A stretch of DNA of 64,000 nt from Bilabrum cf. latius. Lineage: Eukaryota. The first letter of the stretch is position 1. Every line of letters starts with the position of its first letter. A program made the position numbers and the translations under genes. This document shows positions 52,025 through 62,383 of this stretch, one piece after another. The notes under the pieces were generated by a model. It was not told the DNA's origin, searched no databases, and saw nothing but the letters and a program-made list of their open reading frames with translations. Location of the stretch: positions 1-64,000 of the forward strand of contig OZ237754.1 in assembly GCA_965178125.1 (NCBI GenBank), in the 5' to 3' direction.

Positions 52025-53243
52025 TCACAGTTCATCTCCGTGCGAATGCCCCGGGCGGCGCACCTGCCCCTCTCCCTGCTGGAGCAAATGCTCCACGTCG
52101 TCTGCCTGGCCCGGCACCTTGCGTTGGGATTCGTCCTTGTGGTGCTCGTGCTCGTGCGGCCCATCCTCGTGCTCAAAGGTTGCGGGGCTGTCGTGGCCCT
52201 GGGCCCACACGGATCTAGGAGGCTTCCCCGGGAGCTGGATTTGCTTGAGCGAGCACAATGCCCTGACCGCCCGCTGGCACTTGTTGTGCTGCGAGTAGGC
52301 CCGCCAGTCCATACTCGCCACGTCACACTTCCCGAAGGCCTTGCAGAGCGAGTGCTCGCCTCCGTTATGGCAAGTACCCTCCACAAATCGTTCCACCTCC
52401 CTGAAGCACCGGGGGGAGTTGTGCCCGTGGAAGTCGCACTCGTGGCACATGGCCAGCTCCTCGGTGGGCAGGCGGACCGGTTCAGGGGGTGGCGCGTGTG
52501 CCTCCCGCATGCTCGCCTCATGAGCCTCGGCGGACAGCTGAATGTGCTCGCACGATGCGTGCACAGCGACGAGACACCCCGGCGCGAGCTGGTCGTCTCC
52601 CTTGAGCCCGTACTCGCACTCGTCCAGGTGCATGGGCTCGTCCGTGCTGCCTGCGTTGTGCATGGCCGGCAAGTAGCAGTCGGGGTGCGCCTCCGCCTCG
52701 GGATTGGGATCAAACCGTCTGCAAGCCTGCGCGAGACAACTAGCAACGCGGTGATAGCATCGGAAGAGAGATGTGGGTTGTATTCAGAATACACACTGGC
52801 ACGTCGGTTGCGAGCCCTGCTCTCACCACTTTGGCCCAGTTCTCCCTGGCAACGCGACAATTATGGGGAGTGTGGTGATTTTCGATTCCATCGTCTGCAT
52901 ACTGATGGCCCGACCAATAGCAAATTACGCAATGCTTCGCGTAGGGACTGTGGACAGGGTGGCTGACGGGGTCTGTTGATGTCAACCCTGTGATATCAAG
53001 CTTATCGTCACCGTCGATCGCGTACGTTCGTCCAGTAATAGAGTCATGATGAACAGGGAACTTGATGACCAAGTCATCGGGAGGAAGGTCCGCACCGCCG
53101 TGCTGCTCGTGGAGTCCAGCGTTGTGATGAGCCTGATGGAGGTCCATGTGGGCGTTTGCCTTCGTGTGAAGCTCAGTGGCTTGCGCGTACCATCCTTCAA
53201 CTATACTTAATCCGATACACACAACAAACGTGCTTTGCTGCAT
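52025..53243 (-). CDS. His/Cys-rich secretory protein ending in GDEL (putative ER-luminal)
   Basis: Signal-like N-terminus MQQSTFVVCIGLSIVEGWYAQA. Intron 52826-52727 (GTGAGA...CGCAG) joins two ORFs in phase. Ends HSHGDEL-TGA. Confidence 0.72.
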
Positions 53244-53578
53244 CTTTTCTGCAGCAGTAAGTGCGCGATTGCACTTCGAGTCCACACGTGGATTTAAGTG
53301 TCACGCAACATTAATGACTCGGCGCCGCGCAAAATCGGTATTTTTCACTGCGGAACATACCGGCTCATTGACGAACGGACAAGCTGCAATAGCCGTCCTA
53401 GGGGACTTGATTGCGAGATCAACTCGTTCTTTGGGGAAGAGTTGTACGAATCTACAATTGACGACCGATTTGTAGTCTAGCATTACCCGTTCACCGTACG
53501 ATTCGTTCCCTTCAGTGGCCGTTGCGTGCAACATCAAGGAGAGCAATCTGCTTTTCTTTTCTCCTTGCCTCCCTGTGG

Positions 53579-54589
53579 ATGGCTGGTAGGGGTAGTAGCA
53601 AGTTTGCCTCAGGATCACCTTTTGGCAAGTAGCAACCGCAACCGTTTGCCTCCCCCGCGTACCAACCCGGAGACCTCCAGCAGGGCCACGACCACGGGTC
53701 GCGCAGCAACGCCGGAAAGTTGGGTGGCCCGTGGAATCCCGGTCAATCAAAAGCTGGAATTGGAGAAGGTTTCGCAGGACTGCACGGTTTGGCCGCATAG
53801 GAGCAGCATTCTGACCGAAGTGGGCGCGGAGTGGCATACGACGCATCCGATCCTCGGCACGTTGCTGATAGCAAGAGCGGGCTAGGCCGAAGCGGGGCGA
53901 TGCAAAATGGAGGCTAGGGGGCTGGATTGGGTGCGCACGGTGCGTAGGCTTGGGGAGGTGGCGACGGCTTTCACGCGAGTGGCAGCCGTGGTGGAGCCAG
54001 CGGGCTGGACGGTGGCCAGGCCTGGCATCAGGGGCAGGGGCAGTAGGGGGGCATGCACGGGGGTGGGGATGCAGGGGATGATAGGTTTCGCGCAACAGAT
54101 TCCCACGGGGGTGGAAGCGGTGCTAGCCGGAAGCGACGAGGCAGCAGAGCTGGCGAGGGTGGGACCGGGGAGGGGGGTGGTAGGCGGGGGAGTGGGGCAG
54201 TGCCGGTGCAGGGGGGTGCTTGGGAGGAGTAGAGAGGCGGGGGTCATGCGGGTGCGGGTGCAGGTGAAGAACACTGGTAGGGCGGCGGGGGTGGTGCAGG
54301 CGCTAGGTACGGGGACGGTAGTGGCGGGGGGCCCGGCGCGGGGGTAGGCAGCAGCGCGGCGGTGGCTCCTGCGGGGGGGGGTGCCGTCGGCGCCGGTGGG
54401 CCGATGGATGCGGCCATGGGGGCTGGGCCGCAGAACGGGGAGGTCCCGTACGATAATCGTGTGACTTGGTCTGACCAGCACGGCTATGCCCTGGTTGAGG
54501 TGAACTACAGCGAGAAGCTGCACTACTCGGCGGACTCGATCGACGAGTCGCAGATGCAGAGGAGCTCCCAGTGCTGCGTCATCTCCTGA
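53579..54589 (+). CDS. Gly-rich protein (~336 aa) with RVTW motif and C-terminal CaaX (CCVIS)
   Basis: One frame from ATG 53579 to TGA 54589 through ~7 TAG. C-terminus NRVTWSDQHGYALVEVNYSEKLHYS...QCCVIS. Confidence 0.7.
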
Positions 54590-54956
54590 CTGGGCGCACC
54601 TATGATACCGCGCACGTATCAATGGCGGCATCGGCCCTTATTTTCGTGCCACAATAGATGGGAGTTGCCCTGGCAGCCGAGCCGACTGGGGGTGCTGGCA
54701 GCGAGGCCGCGCGCGAGTGCTCCGGGCCGGAGGCCCCAACGCACGCACGTGCGCACGGCCATGCGCGCCGTTGCATCGACCATGTCGGTGGCGCTGGGCG
54801 AATTGACAACTGTAACTGCACGAGGCTTTGCTTGCTACACACGAGTTCATACAAACAGAAAAAAATATTCAGCATCTTCATGTCGACCCGAGGCACCCGA
54901 CGAGCCTGCTTGCCATTGGCCGCCAGACCTGGCCTCTCACCACACATCAAGTCAGC

Positions 54957-56328
54957 TCACTGGTTCTTCTTGTTCTCAGCCGACCCTCCCGACGCACCGC
55001 TAGGCGCGAAGAGCGGATCCCCCGCCAGCGGGGCCAGCACCTCGGACCCGATGACCACCCCTGCCACCACGTTGAGCACCCTGGTCACCGACATGAGGGG
55101 CCAGAACAGGTACACGAACAGGCCCAGCCCCGCCGCCACCGCCAGCATGGCGGGCCATGCCTTGGCACCCTCCTCCTCCTGTTCATCGCCCTCCTTCTCT
55201 TCCTCGCTCTCGCTGCCCGCTGCAGCCGCGAAGGACCGCACCAGCGCGCTGGCCTTGCCCACCGACACGCGGACCCCCTTGGAGCACAGAGCCGCCGCGC
55301 TGCCGGCCTTGGGCACCCACGGGGCGACGAACTGGGACACGACGCGGTCCACGTCGTTGCGGAACATCCTGTACCCGGTCGCGGCGCCCACGGCGAGCGC
55401 CAGCAGCACGAGAAGACTCAGGCGGCCGGTGACCATCCACAGGTACGAGTATGCCAGCCAGCAGACGCACACAGCGCGCAGGCTCCGGTGGGGGTCCTGC
55501 CAGGAGGCGGCCTTGTCCACGGCCTTGATACCGCTCGAGAGGAAGCTGGCGAGCCCGTCTGCTGCCCACGAAAGCGTGTCGGCGGGGAGCATCTCCTGCA
55601 GCTTGGGCGGCTGAGCGGAGCCTGCCACGCCGGCAGCTCCGGCGGCTGCAGGGTCTGCCTCTGCACTTGCCACGCCAGGAATGAAGCTCGTCACATCCAC
55701 CCCGAAGCTAGACAGCAGTCGAATGGTGCCGACGATTGGGATCACGAGGAACACGGCAAGGGCAATCAGCTCAACGGGGCCCAAACCAAACAAGGCCAGG
55801 GCGATTGCCACACCGAACAGCGGCGCGAGGAACACTGCCGACTCGGCAGGGTGCTTTAGCGCCAAAATTTGCACAGCTGCGGAAATTGTAGAGATGACGC
55901 TGTCTAGATGGTGCCTAGTTGGAGAACCAACCGGCAAAACTCGAGCGTGATGTTTCTTAATCTGGCTACGACTTACCGTGAACACTCCAAAATCGCTCAA
56001 ACTCGGCTTGGAGGGACTGAATTACAGCTTGGTCACTTCCGCCTACCGGAGCTACGCTCACGTTCGCTCGTTTGTACCCAGTCACGGAATCGTCTCCGCT
56101 TGTGGGGGAAGATGGCGACTGCTTCGCAGGCGGCCCACTTGCAGAAGCATGTCCCGGATCTCCGGCGCTCGTAGTTGGGGACGTATCTCCGAAACCTGGA
56201 ACAACGTTTCGATCGGTATCTGCGGCGAGGAGCACATTACGGGTTACCGAAACGTGAGCTAGCCATTTTTGCAGTCGCATCGAGAGATCAGGGCAGCTGT
56301 GTGCAAATTGAGGTGGGCCAGGCGACAT
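54957..56328 (-). CDS. Reticulon-homology-like membrane protein
   Basis: Two long hydrophobic hairpins (ALKHPAESAVFLAPLFGVAIALALFG and ASWQDPHRSLRAVCVCWLAY...YRMFRNDVD). Intron 55976-55877. Start uncertain (56328, 56280 or 56265). Confidence 0.62.
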
Positions 56329-56472
56329 AGACTAGAATTACAACTCACTTTCCATTATTGTGAAATTTCGTACGCAATGCCCGACACTGTGGCTAGTGCA
56401 CGCACAGCCAAGAACGGCTGCGAAGTTTGCCGGGTTCACCGCCGGCGTCGAAAGTTCGTTCAGTGCCAGTGG

Positions 56473-56854
56473 CATGATGGTTGGTAATGTGGATCTGTCG
56501 ATCAACCGCTCAATGCTTCGCTCCCCCAGCACTCTCCCTCTCCCGCCACGCGCCACTCGTGCGCCGCTACCCACCGTCGCCCACTCGTCTGTCGCTAGCA
56601 CGGCCGTCTCCGTGCCGCCTAGGCCCGGCTGGCCGCTTTGTCCTGCCCTCAGCTTCCACTCTCGTACCTAGTACCTGCTCCTCGTAATCTCCTCCTTCCG
56701 TGGCGCTTTGGTTTTGGCTGGTGCTTCCCCGGGCACTGGGCAGGCGGCACGGACCTTTCAAGCCGCTATGGGGACTACCTGCCACTGGCCACGGGATCTA
56801 CACTGGGCCCCCCTTTTGGCTGTTCGCCCATCGAACGCCGCAAGGAACACCCAC
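56473..56854. repeat. 382-bp direct repeat (B2, element terminus)
   Basis: Apparently identical to 58291-58672 (CATGATGGTTGG...GGAACACCCAC). Confidence 0.95.
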
Positions 56855-58290
56855 GCCGCCCCGACCTAGGGGACGCCACCACGCAAAAAGAAGAAAAAAT
56901 CTTGAACTCGATCGAGTTAGGGCATCACCGCTCGCACATCCCGCCCAGCCCACCACGCTCGACACGGTCCTGTATGCTCACCGCAGCCCCAGCACAGTCG
57001 TCACCCGGTCCGCTCCTATTCAGGCTCCCATTGCCTTACCCTCTGTGAGGATACGGGGTCCGGCTGCTGTCCGCACGTTGCCGTGCCTCTTGCAGCACCA
57101 CAGTGGTCCTCCACTGCAGCGTACGCTGTGCAGGATCTCGCCTCGCTCTCTCGGTGGGTGTCGCCGGTGCGACTGTCCCAGGGTCGATCCGAGATTCAGG
57201 CTCTCCTCTCGGCTGTGCAGGTCACTCTGTCCCCCTTCGGCCACGGAGCCATCCAAAGGACAGAAGTTTCCTGGGCCCGCAACGCGGTTCTTTGTGCTTC
57301 CAGAAAAACAGAGGTGCTCCACATGGGGGATTTTACGGCACGGACCACACCTCTGCTCCCAGTCTCATGACCACCTCACGCGTGGCCACCTCACACCCGT
57401 CCCCACTGTTGCAACCGGGAGGGTGGGTTGCTTCCGACCTATAGCCGGATTTACAGCGATCAACATGAGGCACGGACCTCATACTGACCGCACCCACCCC
57501 TACTCCCACGCCTACTTGACTCAGCCAAGTCCCTGGCCCCCCAAGCCACCCACCAACGGTCCTGCTAACAGTGGCCATCGGCACCAGATGCGACCACGGA
57601 GCCTCATCTGGTTGGTGAAATGGGATGGTGGCAAAGGCCACCACCAGTTCGTCCACGTGTTCTAGATGGCTAGACGCACGCAGCTTCCCTGGCCCCGTTC
57701 CGTTGCCCTCCGCAACGCTTAAATGTTGGTAGCTAGGTATGAGTGTTGGTACCCTCCGAATCTGCGCCGCCATCCTGCGTGGGTGCCACGTGGTCCCCCC
57801 GTTGTCAGGGGGTCCACATGAACAGAAAAGAGGGCTGGTTCATGCTGGTACTGAGTGCGGAGGGAGGAGGAGCGGTCTGCCTCCGCCCCCCTCCCAAGAG
57901 AATATTACACACACTACCGGGCAGCAGTGACACACACACACTTACCCGCCCCTAAGACGCCCTGTCTCGCTGAGTAAACCTTATCCGCCTGGCACCCCTC
58001 CCTTCAGCTGTAGGCCCCTCTGTTGTCCGCCAACTACTGGTCCCCCCTCACCTCCCGGCCTCCGCCGCGATGCCGCCCCATCCATATCCGAAGGAAATGG
58101 GGCCAACAAGACAAGAAACAATTCTATAAAAGTAAAAATTATTTCCTTTATCTTCTTCTGAATTCCCCTAAGTGAGAGCGCTGGTCTCGCTCAGCTCGTA
58201 CTCGGAATTGATCCGATCAGTATACCACTATCGGCCCAAACATCACTGTACATGGATGCTCTGTATTCGTCAGTAGGGGTGCCATTGAAT

Positions 58291-58672
58291 CATGATGGTT
58301 GGTAATGTGGATCTGTCGATCAACCGCTCAATGCTTCGCTCCCCCAGCACTCTCCCTCTCCCGCCACGCGCCACTCGTGCGCCGCTACCCACCGTCGCCC
58401 ACTCGTCTGTCGCTAGCACGGCCGTCTCCGTGCCGCCTAGGCCCGGCTGGCCGCTTTGTCCTGCCCTCAGCTTCCACTCTCGTACCTAGTACCTGCTCCT
58501 CGTAATCTCCTCCTTCCGTGGCGCTTTGGTTTTGGCTGGTGCTTCCCCGGGCACTGGGCAGGCGGCACGGACCTTTCAAGCCGCTATGGGGACTACCTGC
58601 CACTGGCCACGGGATCTACACTGGGCCCCCCTTTTGGCTGTTCGCCCATCGAACGCCGCAAGGAACACCCAC
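58291..58672. repeat. 382-bp direct repeat (B1)
   Basis: Second copy, beginning 8 nt after the YR stop codon on the minus strand. Confidence 0.95.
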
Positions 58673-58680
58673 TGGCCCAG

Positions 58681-60024
58681 TTAGAGCCCTGAATCCCGTT
58701 CACCCCCACCACTGCTCACTGGGCTCCGGTGAAGCTCCCTGCGTTGGGATTCCCAAGTCTTCAGAAGTTCTGGGATGGAGCCAGCTCCCACCATAGCCCG
58801 AAGAATCCCACTCCTCGTAACCCTTGCCGCTTCCATCAATGAGTAACGATCATACACCGCTGGCATGTTGGGCAGAGACCACCCAGCCTGGCCGTGCACG
58901 TACTTCTCGTCCTTGGTTGGGTCCGTCTGGCGCAATGCTGACACTCCCGCACTCTTGAAGGCGTACACACCCTCCCCCTTGCGGTGCACAGGAATCCCTT
59001 GCGCTGTTATCCACTGCAGCGTGGCACTGTGCGCAGCCCGTGTTCGAGAGGCGAATACTTCCCCGCGCTGCCCTTGTGTTGGCTACCGAACTGATACCCA
59101 CCACTTCAGCCACCGATACGGGCACAACTCCTCGAATCCATCCGGCAAGCATGGAATGACCGCTGGCGGGCGCTGCTCGGGGTTGCCGCCGAGCACCCGC
59201 GACTTGTACCGCTGCCACCCAATCAGTGCCACGGGAACAACCTCGTTGTCATCAGACGCTGCAGTCCACTCTATCTCCCCTATTGCCAGATGCACCAGAT
59301 CTGGCCACCGGGCCAAGCCACAGAATGTCCCCACATAGCAGCACATAAATGTATCGAGAACCGCTGGTGTTGAGTTGTAGTCCGCACGGGCCAGCGCAGC
59401 TGGGCCTTGCCACATCGAATCCCACTCTGCCTGCAGCTACCAGGCCATCATCACTAGTGCTCGCAACGTTACAGGGTTGTCCACCAGGACACGTAGGGCA
59501 CGTACCGCGTCCGGATCCGTCGCCCCGGCACATCTACGCTTGTAGCCGAGCAGGGCCAGTTTGACCTGCCTGTACTCCACGTCTGCGAGTGGGGTACGCG
59601 GGAACTCCGCTGACCTGAACCACGCCGTTTGCGCTTGGAACAATCGCAACACTGTGGCATACTTCAACCCGGCGGCGCACTACTCCGTCAGCAAAGCCCA
59701 CATGGCCTCCACCGGATCCCCGACCTCAAGTTCCGCCTGCATGGTCAGATTCCGCCTGCGCGCGTCCAGAGCTCCCTTGCCGAGCTGCTGACTCTCCTAC
59801 AGCATCAGGGTCCTAGTCGCCGCCACCGCTGCTCGCCGTTGTGCCGCAGCACTTGAGCCTGCTCGTCCAGTCACTGGGATCAGCTCCCCAAATGGTCCTG
59901 CGAAGATGAAATGGTGCATGAAAAGTTGAGTCAGATGTCGCCCTTGCCGCCGAGACAAACCCCGTTTTGCCCACGCGCTGCCCCGCCGTCTACACCAGTT
60001 GACCAGCACCGTCCTCCACCCTGC
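58681..60024 (-). CDS. Tyrosine recombinase of the retroelement
   Basis: Frame open 60024-58681 through 4 TAG, ending TAA. Motifs FCGLARWPDL, RYKSR, LCPYRWL, GVYAFKSAG, QAGWS, MPAVY. Start uncertain. Confidence 0.8.
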
Positions 60025-62383
60025 TCAATCTATCGCATGCCACCATGATCGGTGTACTTCGCCTCTACCACACGGGGAAGATCACGTATCCCAAGTTCTC
60101 AGCCAGCCTTCCAATCTCTCGCAGCTCATCTCGCTACCCAGCCTTCATCGAGCCGCCCTTCCGCAGCAAATTTGGCAGGGCTTGATTGTCTGACAGCACG
60201 AAGAGCGCCTCTGGGCAAGTCTGGCTCCTCGCCAACTAGCCTGGTCCTGACAAAAAAGCTCGTAGTGATGCTAGTTCGCGTGCCGTACTGGATAGTAACT
60301 GCATGTCCTCGTGGAAACCCATTTGCATCAAGCCAGAATCACCATTGCCTCGGCGCCACATTGCACCCAGTCCATGGGCTGACGCGTCAGCACAAAACAC
60401 GGATGCTCTCCCCTCCGGCAACGGGTATATCGGTGCAGCTGCTGCCGCTGTCAAGATACCGCGGTCCCTACATGTCAGCCACCACTCAAATTCCTCGTTG
60501 AACTCTGCCGTCCAGATGTGCCTACCACCTTTGCGAGCCTTTGCAGCCGCCTAGTATATCGCAAACACGTGCTGCGAAGCGTGGGGGATTACTGCCGCAG
60601 CCGCGCCCAACTGTCCTGCCAGTTTCTCCACAGCCTTGACCGCCAGCGCACTCGTTGCTAGCATGTTGAAAGCTCGCATTCGCTCAACGGTCCTCAGCAC
60701 TGCGTGGATCCGTGGCCATCGATCCGAGCGCAGTGTCACCTTCAAGTGGGCTCCCAGGGTAATCTTTAGCCCAAGGAACTCAATCACCTATGTTGGAAAG
60801 GTAAGTTTGCTAGGCTATATCCTCATGCCAATCCCCCGCGCTACAAGCACGGCACACCACAACAACTACATAGTGCGGGCCTCCGTACGTGCTGACAGAA
60901 AGCCATCATCAATGTACCCAAAAGCCCAATGTGCGGTGCGCAGTCGCACCCCCGCTAAACACTCTGCCAACACTACTGATGCGACAAAACAGCCCATTCT
61001 GCAACCAAACGACAAGACCACAAACTAAAACATGCTGCCACCCACTCCGCGAACTGCCATCCATCGCTGCAGCCCCGGTGCCAGCGCTATACTATGATAT
61101 GCCGCCTTGAAATCGAAGGCTGCCCCCCATTCGTGCCTGTCACGTCCCACGCGCTCTGCTAAATGCCGAGCAAAATCACCATACCGGAAACGCAAGTCAA
61201 GAAATGCCTCGTTCGCGCCCGAGCGCTTCATATCCGTGACTAGGCGCTGCTTGCCAGTCGTGTCCTCCCGCTGCACCAAGCGTGGTGTCTGACCCTCCCG
61301 CTGCTGTACCTCGATTGCGGTCCTCTTGGCAACGAACATAGGCGTCACCTAGACCGCGGCGCCCTCCACCGGTCGAATCTTGCCTGCACTCGCTGCTGCT
61401 TCCACGAACGGGACTACATCCTCCTCGTCCGCCGGCAAGTCCTTCGGGTCAGCCCGTACCGGCTGCGCCCCCAACACCTTCAAGACTGCCTCCGCCCGAA
61501 GCCCATGTCGTGCCAGTCCAACAAACCCCCGGCCCGCTACACAATCGGGCTCCACTGCGCCCCGCGCCCCGCAGCGTCGACAACGAGCCAAATGTGCCTG
61601 CCATGCTCCACGAGGTGACAGCGTACACGGCTAGCGTGCTGCCCATCGCTCCCCCTGCTGCAGTTCGCCCCTACGCTCCCAGTGTGACAACGTTCCATAC
61701 CAGACGTCCAAAGCAGATGATGGTGCCTAGCCCGGTGGGAATGACCGCAAGTCAATCTTGTCCCGCTTTGCCAGGCATCGTGCCCAAGCCTACCACATCC
61801 CGTCCGCACCCAATGCTGACGGCGCATCCCCAGTCATCCCCGCTCCCGCATCACCGTCATTGTCCACAGAATAGCCGGCTGCTTCCATCTGCACCTCGTG
61901 CCATCGTCTCGAGGGGCCTGCAGATGCAACCTAGTCCAACAATTCGTCCGCGTGTTCCATGATGTCCGTCACAATGCACCGCCCATCCAGTGTCCGCAGG
62001 CTCGGCTCACCACGCTGTAGGGTCGGAGTCTTCTGCTGAGCCAGGATTTTTTGCGCTGCTTCCGAAGATAGTGCACATGCCTACACTACTGCAGCCCTTC
62101 CCCTGGCTCGGGCCGCGTCACCCATTCCCCGCTAGTCGGCCACTTCGTCTTGGGGAGGTACGGTGCTCCGCCTACGTTTTGGGCCCCGATGTCGTCCCTT
62201 TTTGGCGCTCTGACTCCTGCTGCGACTCTTGTCCACCCGCACTCGCGCTACTGCTGCTGCTGCTGCTGCTGCTGGCCTTCGCTGACTACCGTTTTGCCGC
62301 TGCCCCCGCTCCTCCAGCTGCGGCCCCATGCTCCTTTGCCACCCGCTTCGCTCGCTCCAATGCTGACTTGTCTATCGCGGCTG
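59726..62383 (-). CDS. Reverse transcriptase - RNase H (pol)
   Basis: KQRLVTDMK, FDFKAAYHSIAL, F*FVVLSFG, GYIDDG, PT*VIEFLG. RNase H FCADAS, ARELASL, LSDNQA, ACDRLSR. Open between TGAs at 62384 and 59726, first ATG 62329. Confidence 0.92.

Noticed and set aside
14933-55859. Many long antisense or alternative-frame ORFs (e.g. 14933-15859, 33417-34556, 40334-41110, 51941-52966, 54828-55859)
   Set aside because: Shadow ORFs of GC-rich genes identified on the opposite strand or in another frame.
2037-56328. Widespread pseudogenisation or sequencing error as the cause of in-frame stops
   Set aside because: The stops are exclusively TAG, there are no frameshifts, conserved housekeeping genes (LSM6, NOT3) are affected, and TAGs hit conserved Gln.
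56377-56472. Possible host ORF (MPDTVASARTAKNGCEVCRV...) interrupted by the retroelement
   Set aside because: Only ~32 codons with no recognisable motif, and the other flank is outside the window.
56700-57773. 321-aa (+) and 146-aa (-) ORFs in the repeat-flanked spacer
   Set aside because: No recognisable motifs. Chance ORFs are expected in GC-rich DNA, and the region is better explained as terminal repeat sequence.
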